Below, piece after piece: positions 1 to 9,200 of a stretch of 64,000 bases of DNA. The DNA lies in the NCBI GenBank assembly GCA_017499595.2, contig CM039000.1:1-64000 (forward strand), read 5' to 3'. The first letter of the stretch is position 1; the number at the start of each line of letters is the position of its first letter. The DNA is from Psilocybe cubensis. Lineage: Eukaryota. Below the pieces are notes generated by a model. The model was not told where the DNA came from, did no database searches, and saw only the letters and a list, made by a program, of their open reading frames with translations. The translations under genes were made by a program, and so were the position numbers.

Positions 1-140
1 TAAACCCTAAACCCTAAACCCTAAACCCTAAACCCTAAACCCTAAACCCTAAACCCTAAACCCTAAACCCTAAACCCTAAACCCTAAACCCTAAACCCTA
101 AACCCTAAACCCTAAACCCTAAACCCTAAACCCTAAACCC
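1..140. repeat. Terminal telomere tract (TAAACCC)n, i.e. TTTAGGG on the minus strand
   Basis: Perfect 7-mer tandem repeat at the window start, C-rich strand on +, which indicates a left chromosome end. Confidence 0.97.
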
Positions 141-742
141 TAAACCTAAACCTAAACCCTAAACCCTAAACCCTAAACCCTAACCTAACCCCAACCCTAA
201 GCTAACTAAGTCTAACCTTAGTAGGAAGTAAGGTAGGCGTGTGAACTTCCGAACGGCATGTGATTGTGAAGGGCCGGATCTAATTTAGTACATGGGAAAA
301 GTTACTTAGTACTTCGGGAAAAGTTCCTTAGTACCGTGGAAACATTTTTGATGGACCGGATCATGAACTGTCCAATTAAGATTCACAACAATCAATCATT
401 CTATTGTTTGATTGTTAGGTAAGGACCCAGGTAAGTTATTTATACTCTAGACATGTGAATATTCCCATGTCGCGGTTACTCGGAGCCACGTAACCAGAGT
501 AATCTATATCCATGTGATTCACATCACAGTCAATAACCCACGATGTCAAAGAACAAAAGTGTTGGATCCACTTTTGACAGGTTACCATGTGCCACATCGA
601 CCCGTGACACTCTGTTCATCAGAGACCTGTCTAACTTGACGATAAACATTGACAGATTTGTGATAGTCGGTAAGATACATGACAGCTGCGCAGCATCACT
701 TCACGCGCTGTCATCGGATGTCTAGAACATTCCTTCTAAGAA

Positions 743-1738
743 TAGCCACTGAAGAGTCTATAAAGACGAAAGGGCTGGTTGTTGGGATCCCCCAACAGCC
801 CTCAAGTACTCGTCCTCTCCCAAACTCCTGCCGCTTGTGCCTTCCCAACTCATCCGGGAGCCCTTTCGTCACTGATCTTGCCCTTGACTCGGGGACGTTT
901 CATCGACATGTTGGCTGCCTCACGGCAAGCGGGGCCCTTTTTCTTTCACTCGCTCACGCCTTCTATGTTGGGTTACGGAGGTCATACAAACTCGTTTTAG
1001 TCTAGCTGCGGGGATATCCAGCTATGATGACTTTGTAATTCGAGGGCGCGCAGTTCTTCAATGGGTATGGACATCAGGTGAGAGTACACTGGGGGTTGTC
1101 AGGACCAGCTCTGCTGGATACGCTCCTGGCAAGTCGGTTGCAGCCGGCGACACTACCGAATTGCTGGGACGTCCTAAAGCTTGTGGGTACCGCCGACCGC
1201 TGGAAACAGCCTAGGCACCGGTGGCGACCGGGTATGGTAACAATCCCCAAGATTCAGCGAAAGCTGGAATGGATAATCAGCAGCGAATCCGTAACGGTCA
1301 CGCCGACGGAAGCGTTCAACGACTAGGTGGTAGTGGGGTCTTCGGATCTTAAGATATAGTCTTGGGAGTGGGGAAACCCACATCTGGTATCTAAACCGCG
1401 CCTCGCTGCTTACGAGGACGGCCCGAAGACCAGAACCGCTTAAAACGCGGGTGACCCGGCCTCCCCTTAGTAAAGGGAGTTAACACAAGGATGGACAAAT
1501 AGTTCGTCGCCGGAAATGAACCTGTGGCTGTAATGGCTGATGTGGCGCCCCTTGGTAAAGGGCTTAAAGGGTATTAGCCTGCCATGTCCAATGGCATGAG
1601 AGTGTCCCTTGGTAAAGGACTTAATAGGCAATAGCCTGCTCTTTTGTCATGAGCGGTATGTAGTGATCGTTTGCCTGTACGGTAGCGCCCATTGCTTGCA
1701 CTGGTCCACGCCCGTAAAAAATCACGAGCCGCTGGCTA
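743..1738 (+). ncRNA. Type I hammerhead ribozyme split by a group I intron (5' part 743-802, 3' part 1732-1738)
   Basis: TAGCCA-CTGAAGA-GTCT(ATAA)AGAC-GAAA-GGGCTG...CAGCCC-T | intron | C-TGGCTA. Joining the two parts gives exactly the sequence at 6089-6155. Confidence 0.88.
803..1731 (+). ncRNA. Group I self-splicing intron, IC1-like, 929 nt, no evident ORF
   Basis: The 5' exon ends in U (802) and the intron ends in G (1731). P1 pairs exon ACAGCCCU with GGGGUUGU (1092-1099), with a U.G pair at the splice site. P3 is CACUACC 1151-1157/GGUAGUG 1329-1335; P4 is UGCUG/CAGCA; P7 is GACUA 1321-1325/UAGUC 1357-1361. Core motifs AAUUGCUGGGA, AAUCAGCAG, GUUCAACGACUA and AAGAUAUAGUC are present, plus a GAAA-capped P5b-like stem, a UUCG-capped P8 and a GAAA-capped P9. 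Confidence 0.9.
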
Positions 1739-1842
1739 CTTTCCATTTAACTCCCAGTTTAAACTAGTCGCTCGCACCTCGCTTCGCTCGGTGCTCGCTC
1801 CCCCCCTAAACCCAACGACTTTGCTATTATCCATCAGCCACT

Positions 1843-4800
1843 ATGTCATCTCAATACTCTGCTGCTTTCTCTCGTGCCATGTCCCCCACCCTGGACGCAC
1901 TCACCCAGGCCGTCGTCAACAACACCGTTTTCGGCGTCAACGATGAAGCAGGCCGCCATAACGCTCTGATCGACGAGCTGGCCACTGTGGTCATCAAAAA
2001 AATAGCTGAGTGCCGCTCCGTTGACCAAGTCATAGACTGCGTCTTTTTTGACTATCGTGCTGCCCTTAGGGAGTTTCTCCTCAACCTCGCATCGTGGTGC
2101 GATAAGAGGGAAACAGTCAAGGCTAGCCTCGAGCGCCTTGAATCTGCCGTTAGCGCAGGCAACACGCCCAATCGCCTTAAGGTGAAGGCACCCGAGTTCC
2201 AACTTACGAAGGAATTCGCGGATGCCGGGTCAGCGGAGGCTCTTCGAGTCTCCACTACGTTCTCTACCGCTCGTGACGCCTTCCAAAAGGCAATTAACGA
2301 CGGCGCCATTCAGGCGAAAAAGGACGAGCTGACTTTTTGGGATGATAAATGCGCACTCAACTCTTGCTACGAAGCTGCTGCCCTCATCGTTAAGGCAACT
2401 TACGATGATCGCAAATCCAGCTACAAGCTCCCTGTTTTCTCTACAGATAACAAGGGAGTTCGACGTATAGCAGAGTGGGTAGTGTCTCCGCAAAAGAAAG
2501 CCGAATGCAGTGCGCTGCAAACCATACTGCCGGCGATCTTTTCTCACATCAAACAAATTGTCAACATGCGCCACCGCGCTTTGGCAATTAAGATTGAGAA
2601 AAAGCGGACGACTGCGGCAACAGCCGATGTCGAGATGGCCGACGCGACCAAACCAGGTCCGTCGATTCAATCCCTTATTGATAAGGGCTTGAATGCACGT
2701 CTCAAGAAGCTCAACCTTGGATCTGTGGGCAAGAAGGCAAGTTTTCGTAACCCTTCACCCATAATTCTGGATACTAATTACTACTCTAATTACCCAGACT
2801 TTGTCTGGCCAGAATTCGTCCAAGGCTCCTCAACCTCAGGCCAAGAAAGCTGGCCCTTCGAAACCCAAGTCGTCGTCGACGCCTTCGCAACGCAAGCCTC
2901 AAACCAAGGCTTCCAACAAGGTCGACAACAAGAAGAAAGGGAAGGGGAGAGCTCCCGTCAAGAACGATCCAAAGGGAAAGGGAAAGGCAAGAGCCTAGAT
3001 GCGCGGTCTAATGTAGTACCTTTTACGTCGGTGAGACCCGCCTTCCCCAACTCTATTCCTGACGATATACTCACCATGACTAAAACAGACGCAGTTTCTT
3101 TCGTACACTTACATACTCCAATATCATTCTTGTTGGCTGGCCAGTATCGTAGTAGTGTACATTGTAGTCCTGGTGTTTCTGTCCCTGTTGATGTAGCAAA
3201 CGATCTCTCTCTCGGACTTAATTATATGTTTTTCACTCTGCCTTCTAAAAGTCTGATCATGCAAGCATGGAATGATTTCCAACGAAGAATAAGATGGCGT
3301 ATCTATTTTTTGTTTAAGGAAGGCATGAATAAACCTTTTGATCCAGATTATGGAGTAAGCTCAAAAAAGAAAGAGAAACCTCCTGTATTACCGCAATATA
3401 TGGAACTTGGCCTTTCGATGGGACGTCGGTACGTGCAACGCACGATCGCAAGTATCCCGGAAGAAGCCCTTACGGAGATGCGAAAGCACGCGTTCTCTCC
3501 TAAAAGGGACAAGATCCGTAAGTTTCTTATCGATAACAACTATGTTATTACGATGACAGATAAGAATCTTGGCCTCGCGGTGTCTGAACGCGACTGGATA
3601 TTAAGGAATGAGCTCAATCTTCTTGAAGATGAACGTAATTACGAAGAGTTAGAATTCGAAGTTGCGCAAGAAGTTATGAAGAGCAAAATGATTCAGATGC
3701 AAACGCTCGCACGTACTGTCGAAGATGAACATCTGTTTCTATTTGAACTTGGGTTGTCTCGATTCTTTCTATCGAATGTACCGGAAGACGGATCATCGTT
3801 CAAGTATCCTCAATTTCATGGTATACCTAAAATCCACAAGAAACCTACTGGATTTAGGCCCATAATTCCGTGTCACTCTGTAGTATTTAATCCTGCAGCC
3901 AAGTTTGTATCAAAAGAGCTTAAGCCGATTATTAAATCGACTCCTTCAATCATACACGGAACGAAGGATCTCTTTACGAGATTAAGCCAATTGCGTATAG
4001 ACTCCAAAAGACAATGGTATTTTGTCACTGGAGATGTAGTTGCTTTCTATCCCAATATTCCGTTGGACTTGTGCATCGAAATCGTTTGTAGTATGTACGA
4101 GGAATGGTTACTCAACGCTTCGGAAGAAAACACTGCATTAGCCCATATTAATCCAAATTCGTTAGAGAATAACTTGGTTAAATTGGGCATCTTTAAACGT
4201 GCTATCGAGATTGGCAATACGCAATTGATAACACAACATGGGTCTAGATATTTTAGACAAAAAAATGGCCTCGCAATGGGCGTCGCGGATTCTCCGGACC
4301 TTGCTAACCTCTTTGGAGCCCATTTTGAAATAAAGTCAAAAATCTTAGACCACCCAAACGTGGCCTTCTATGGAAGGTACATCGACGATTGTTTCGCAAT
4401 TGTTTACGCCGAGTCCGAAGCACTTGCACTTAATCTTATTAAAGAAACAATAAAGTTCGATGGTTGTGTTATCGAATGGGCTGTTTCCTCGTCGGGATGT
4501 CAATTTCTCGATGCTTTCATATTCAAGGAGTCTGGAAAACTTCATTGGAAGCCTTTTGTCAAGACAGGAAACAACCGAGAACGAGTTCCATGGGTATCAC
4601 ATCATCCTTTGGACGTCAAACGTGGCGTCTACATTGGAGAGTTATCCAGGTTAGCCGTGCTATGTAGTACCAAGGAAATCTACATCGGAGCAATTAGAGA
4701 CCTTAACGCTCTCTATTTGATGCGCGGTTATCCCGAAAACCTAGTCATATCTTGGTGTAAGAAGAATATACAAGAACGTTGGGAAAAGCGATTCGCTTTA

Positions 4801-5373
4801 CGAGTCGCAGAGCACGACGAATCCATTCTTGTACTTAAAACCAGATTTGATCAGGTATGGAATTGGTTTTCAGCTGCTGAACTTGGAAAAACTGTTACCG
4901 AGTACTGGTCGGCATGGTATGAACATGCCGAGAAAGGTTTGTATAGTGCAGACTCGTCCAGACCCCTTATCAAACCAGATCCAAATTACGTTCACGACCT
5001 CGATGATGTTCGCCCGGAGCTGTTCACACAGATCCTCGTGGACGGAGAAACTGAGTTCGTACCGGATTTGAGGAAGATAGGACTACTCGGAAGTCGTTGG
5101 ATAGTATCGCGAAAACGCAATACTAATCTTTTCGACCTTGCAAATGTGTGGAAGAAAACAGTCTTTCGTAAACTGGATGAAGACATCGCTGAAAAAGGTG
5201 GTGTTGTTCCCGAAACTCAAAACGTTAATGAAACTTATCATTCTGCTTTAGTTGAAGCTACTGAGCAGATAAGTATCGAAAGTGATAACGAGATAATACT
5301 TCATAGACGTTCAATCTCACAAGAGAGGGAACATCCAGAATTTGGCAGAATATCCAAATCTTACAACCGATGA
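1843..5373 (+). CDS. ORF1-reverse transcriptase polyprotein of a Penelope-like element (1176 aa), no GIY-YIG endonuclease
   Basis: PLE RT motifs: PKIHKKPTGFRPII, TGDVVAFYPNIP, QKNGLAMGVADSPDLANLF, YGRYIDD, FLD, and HHP..KRG...GELSR in the thumb. The N-terminus looks helical. Confidence 0.93.
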   Translation: MSSQYSAAFSRAMSPTLDALTQAVVNNTVFGVNDEAGRHNALIDELATVVIKKIAECRSVDQVIDCVFFDYRAALREFLLNLASWCDKRETVKASLERLESAVSAGNTPNRLKVKAPEFQLTKEFADAGSAEALRVSTTFSTARDAFQKAINDGAIQAKKDELTFWDDKCALNSCYEAAALIVKATYDDRKSSYKLPVFSTDNKGVRRIAEWVVSPQKKAECSALQTILPAIFSHIKQIVNMRHRALAIKIEKKRTTAATADVEMADATKPGPSIQSLIDKGLNARLKKLNLGSVGKKASFRNPSPIILDTNYYSNYPDFVWPEFVQGSSTSGQESWPFETQVVVDAFATQASNQGFQQGRQQEEREGESSRQERSKGKGKGKSLDARSNVVPFTSVRPAFPNSIPDDILTMTKTDAVSFVHLHTPISFLLAGQYRSSVHCSPGVSVPVDVANDLSLGLNYMFFTLPSKSLIMQAWNDFQRRIRWRIYFLFKEGMNKPFDPDYGVSSKKKEKPPVLPQYMELGLSMGRRYVQRTIASIPEEALTEMRKHAFSPKRDKIRKFLIDNNYVITMTDKNLGLAVSERDWILRNELNLLEDERNYEELEFEVAQEVMKSKMIQMQTLARTVEDEHLFLFELGLSRFFLSNVPEDGSSFKYPQFHGIPKIHKKPTGFRPIIPCHSVVFNPAAKFVSKELKPIIKSTPSIIHGTKDLFTRLSQLRIDSKRQWYFVTGDVVAFYPNIPLDLCIEIVCSMYEEWLLNASEENTALAHINPNSLENNLVKLGIFKRAIEIGNTQLITQHGSRYFRQKNGLAMGVADSPDLANLFGAHFEIKSKILDHPNVAFYGRYIDDCFAIVYAESEALALNLIKETIKFDGCVIEWAVSSSGCQFLDAFIFKESGKLHWKPFVKTGNNRERVPWVSHHPLDVKRGVYIGELSRLAVLCSTKEIYIGAIRDLNALYLMRGYPENLVISWCKKNIQERWEKRFALRVAEHDESILVLKTRFDQVWNWFSAAELGKTVTEYWSAWYEHAEKGLYSADSSRPLIKPDPNYVHDLDDVRPELFTQILVDGETEFVPDLRKIGLLGSRWIVSRKRNTNLFDLANVWKKTVFRKLDEDIAEKGGVVPETQNVNETYHSALVEATEQISIESDNEIILHRRSISQEREHPEFGRISKSYNR
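2737..2797 (+). other. Probable 61-nt GC-AG spliceosomal intron inside the ORF (equivalent position in all RT copies)
   Basis: Donor AAG|GCAAGT, CTAAT branch-like motifs, acceptor CCCAG|. Removing it joins codon 298 to the Lys-rich frame 2798-2998. Confidence 0.6.
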
Positions 5374-5422
5374 AAAGAATACTAGCGCTTAAGGCGTAAA
5401 GCATTAGAAAAAAACCCTAACC

Positions 5423-5485
5423 GTAAGTATTCCTTGCTATAAAGTAACAAACATCTACTTACAAGCAACACATTGGATTGAATAG
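5423..5485 (+). other. Possible 63-nt GT-AG spliceosomal intron in the 3' UTR, interrupting a telomere-like tract
   Basis: AACCCTAACC|GTAAGT...AATAG|CTAAACC, present after all 8 ORFs; the branch site is only weak. Confidence 0.4.
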
Positions 5486-6088
5486 CTAAACCTAAACCTA
5501 AACCCTAAACCCTAAACCCTAAACCCTAACCTAACCCCAACCCTAAGCTAACTAAGTCTAACCTTAGTAGGAAGTAAGGTAGGCGTGTGAACTTCCGAAC
5601 GGCATGTGATTGTGAAGGGCCGGATCTAATTTAGTACATGGGAAAAGTTACTTAGTACTTCGGGAAAAGTTCCTTAGTACCGTGGAAACATTTTTGATGG
5701 ACCGGATCATGAACTGTCCAATTAAGATTCACAACAATCAATCATTCTATTGTTTGATTGTTAGGTAAGGACCCAGGTAAGTTATTTATACTCTAGACAT
5801 GTGAATATTCCCATGTCGCGGTTACTCGGAGCCACGTAACCAGAGTAATCTATATCCATGTGATTCACATCACAGTCAATAACCCACGATGTCAAAGAAC
5901 AAAAGTGTTGGATCCACTTTTGACAGGTTACCATGTGCCACATCGACCCGTGACACTCTGTTCATCAGAGACCTGTCTAACTTGACGATAAACATTGACA
6001 GATTTGTGATAGTCGGTAAGATACATGACAGCTGCGCAGCATCACTTCACGCGCTGTCATCGGATGTCTAGAACATTCCTTCTAAGAA

Positions 6089-6155
6089 TAGCCACTGAAG
6101 AGTCTATAAAGACGAAAGGGCTGGTTGTTGGGATCCCCCAACAGCCCTCTGGCTA
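6089..6155 (+). ncRNA. Intact type I hammerhead ribozyme (3' pLTR of copy 1), predicted cleavage after C6149
   Basis: Stem I UAGCCA/UGGCUA, core CUGAAGA, stem II GUCU/AGAC, GAAA, stem III GGGCUG/CAGCCC, cleavage triplet CUC. Confidence 0.92.
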
Positions 6156-6230
6156 CTTTCCATTTAACTCCCAGTTTAAACTAGTCGCTCGCACCTCGCT
6201 TCGCTCGGTGCTCGCTCCCCCCCTAAACCC

Positions 6231-6270
6231 TAACCCTAAACCCTAAACCCTAAACCCTAAACCCTAAACC
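6231..6270. repeat. Interstitial telomeric tract capping a 5'-truncated copy
   Basis: (TAAACCC)n with one TAACCC variant; joins the element through ACCC microhomology. Confidence 0.9.
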
Positions 6271-9200
6271 CAGGCTGTCGTCAACAACACAGTTTTTGGC
6301 GTCAACGACGAAGCTGGCCGCCACAACGCCCTCATCGACGAGTTGGCCACTGTCGTCATCAAGAAAATAGCTGAGTGCCGCTCCATTGACCAGATTGTAG
6401 ACTGCGTCTTTTTTGACTATCGTGCTGCCCTTAGGGAGTTTCTCCTCAACCTCGCATCGTGGTGCGATAAGAGGGAAACAGTCAAGGCTAGCCTCGAGCG
6501 CCTTGAACTTGCCGTTAGCGCAGGCAACACCCCCAATCGCCTTCGGGTGAAGGCTCCCGAGTTCCAACTTACGAAGGAATTCGCGGATGCCGGGTCAGCG
6601 GAAGCTCTTCGAGTTTCCTCTACGTTCTCCACCGCTCGTGATGTCTTCCAAAAGGCAATCAACGACGGCGCCATTCAGGCGAAAAAGGACGAACTGGCCT
6701 TTTGGGATGATAAATGCGCACTCAATAACTGTTATGAAGCTGCTGCCCTCATCGTTAAGACAACTTACGATGATCGCAAATCCAGCTATAAGCTCCCCGT
6801 TTTCTCTACAGACAACAAGGGAGTTCGTCGAATAACAGATTGGGTAGTGTCACCGCAGAAGAAGGCTGAATGCAGCGCATTGCAAACCATTTTGCCAGCC
6901 ATCTTCTCTCATATCAAACAGATTGTCAACTTGCGCCACCGCGCTTTGGCAATCAAGATTGAGAAAAAGCGGTCGACTGCGGCAACAGCCGATGTCGAGA
7001 TGGCCGATGCGACCAAACCAGGTCCATCGATTCAATCCCTTATTGATAAGGGCTTGAATGCACGTCTCAAGAAGCTCAACCTTGGATCTGTGGGCAAGAA
7101 GGCAAGTTCTCGTAACCCTTCACCCATAATTCTGGATACTAATTACTATTCTAATTACCCAGACTTTGTCTGGCCAGAATTCGTCCAAGGCTCCTCAACC
7201 TCAGGCCAAGAAAGCTGGCCCTTCGAAATTCAAACCCTCGTCGACGCCTTCGCAGAAGAAGCCCCAAACCAAGGCTTCCAACAAGGTCGACAACAAGAAG
7301 AAAGGGAAGGGGAGAGCTCCCGTCAAGAACGATCCAAAGGGAAAGGGAAAGGCAAGAGCCTAGACGCGCGGTCTAATGTAGTACCTTTTACGTCGGTAAG
7401 ACCCGCCTTCCCCAACTCTATTCCTGACGATATACTCACCATGACTAAAACAGACGCAGTTTCTTTTGTACACTTACATACGCCGATCTCATTCTTGTTG
7501 GCTGGCCAGTATCGTAGTAGTGTACACTGTAGTCCTGGTGTGGTGGTCCCTGTAGATATAGCAAATGATTTGTCACTCGGACTCAATTATATGTTTTTTA
7601 CTCTACCTTCTCAAAGTCTGATCATGCAAGCATGGAATGATTTTCAACGAAGAATAAGATGGCGTATCTATTTTTTGTTTAAGGAAGGCATGAACAAACC
7701 TTTTGATCCAGATTACGGAGTAAGCTCAAAAAAGAAAGAGAAACCTCCAGTATTACCGCAATACATGGAACTTGGCCTTTCGATGGGACGTCGGTACGTG
7801 CAACGCACGATCGCAAGTATCCCGGAAGAAGCCCTTACGGAGATGCGAAAGCACGCGTTCTCTCCTAAAAGGGACAAGATCCGTAAGTTTCTTATCGATA
7901 ACAACTATGTTATTACGATGACAGATAAGAATCTTGGCCTCGCGGTGTCTGAACGCGACTGGATATTAAGGAATGAGCTCAATCTTCTTGAAGATGAACG
8001 TAACTATGAAGAGTTAGAATTCGAAGTTGCGCAAGAAGTAATGAAGAGCAAAATGATCCAGATGCAAACTCTTGCACGTACCGTCGAAGATGAACATCTG
8101 TTTCTATTTGAACTTGGATTGTCTCGATTCTTTCTATCGAATGTACCGGAAGACGGATCATCGTTCAAGTATCCTCAATTTCATGGTATACCTAAAATCC
8201 ACAAAAAACCTACTGGATTTAGGCCCATAATTCCGTGTCACTCTGTAGTATTTAATCCTGCAGCCAAGTTTGTATCAAAAGAGCTTAAGCCGATTATTAA
8301 ATCGACTCCTTCAATCATTCACGGAACGAAGGATCTCTTTACGAGATTAAGCCAATTGCGTATAGACCCCAAACGACAATGGTATTTTGTCACCGGGGAT
8401 GTAGTTGCTTTCTATCCCAATATTCCGTTGGACTTGTGCATCGAAATCGTTTGTAATATGTACGAGGAATGGTTACTCAACGCTTCGGAAGAAAACACTG
8501 CATTAGCCCATATTAATCCAAATTCGTTAGAGAATAACTTGGTTAAATTGGGCATCTTTAAACGTGCTATCGAGATTGGCAATACGCAATTGATAACACA
8601 ACATGGGTCTAGATATTTTAGACAAAAAAATGGCCTCGCAATGGGCGTCGCGGATTCTCCGGACCTTGCTAACCTCTTTGGAGCCCATTTTGAAATAAAG
8701 TCAAAAATCTTAGACCACCCAAACGTGGCCTTCTATGGAAGGTACATCGACGATTGTTTCGCAATTGTTTACGCCGAGTCCGAAGCACTTGCACTTAATC
8801 TTATTAAAGAAACAATAAAGTTCGATGGTTGTGTTATCGAATGGGCTGTTTCCTCGTCGGGATGTCAATTTCTCGATGCTTTCATATTCAAGGAGTCTGG
8901 AAAACTTCATTGGAAGCCATTTGTCAAGACAGGAAACAACCGAGAACGAGTTCCATGGGTATCACATCATCCTTTGGACGTCAAACGTGGCGTCTACATT
9001 GGAGAGTTATCCAGGTTAGCCGTGCTATGTAGTACCAAGGAAATCTACATCGGAGCAATTAGAGACCTTAACGCTCTCTATTTGATGCGCGGTTATCCCG
9101 AAAACCTAGTCATGTCTTGGTGTAAGAAGAATATACAAGAACGTTGGGAAAAGCGATTCGCTTTACGAGTCGCAGAGCACGACGAATCCATTCTTGTACT

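Larger units (their letters stand above)
140..6230 (+). mobile_element. Penelope-like (Coprina-type, endonuclease-lacking) retroelement, copy 1, subfamily A, full length; 5' pLTR ~140-1813 (contains intron), 3' pLTR ~5486-6230
   Basis: Direct terminal repeats flank an RT ORF; both repeats end in GCTCGCTCCCCCCCTAAACCC; telomere repeats lie on both sides. Confidence 0.92.

Noticed and set aside
543-725. Recurrent 60-65 aa ORF MSKNKSVGS in each pLTR
   Set aside because: It recurs only because the pLTR is repeated; the stop differs between subfamilies and there is no recognisable domain.
759-765. TATAAAG as a TATA box
   Set aside because: It is fully explained as hammerhead stem-loop II, and there is no independent promoter evidence. 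A dual role is not excluded.
679-1383. Short ORFs in the intron as a homing endonuclease
   Set aside because: All are 108 aa or shorter, overlap the structured RNA, and show no LAGLIDADG, GIY-YIG, HNH or His-Cys pattern.
803-1731. Insert as a spliceosomal intron, MITE or rRNA fragment
   Set aside because: Its ends are C...G rather than GT-AG, there are no terminal inverted repeats or target duplication, and the group I core explains it.
1846-2670. Antisense ORFs over the PLE ORF
   Set aside because: Shadow frames whose lengths vary between subfamilies; no domain signal.
1843-5373. Telomerase (TERT), LTR-retrotransposon pol or LINE ORF2
   Set aside because: The motifs are PLE-type and the gene is multicopy. 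No protease, RNase H, integrase or APE domain is visible, and the repeats lack TG...CA ends.
4900-5373. C-terminal GIY-YIG endonuclease
   Set aside because: No GIY...YIG pair after the thumb; the GVYIG/IYIG strings lie within the RT thumb region.
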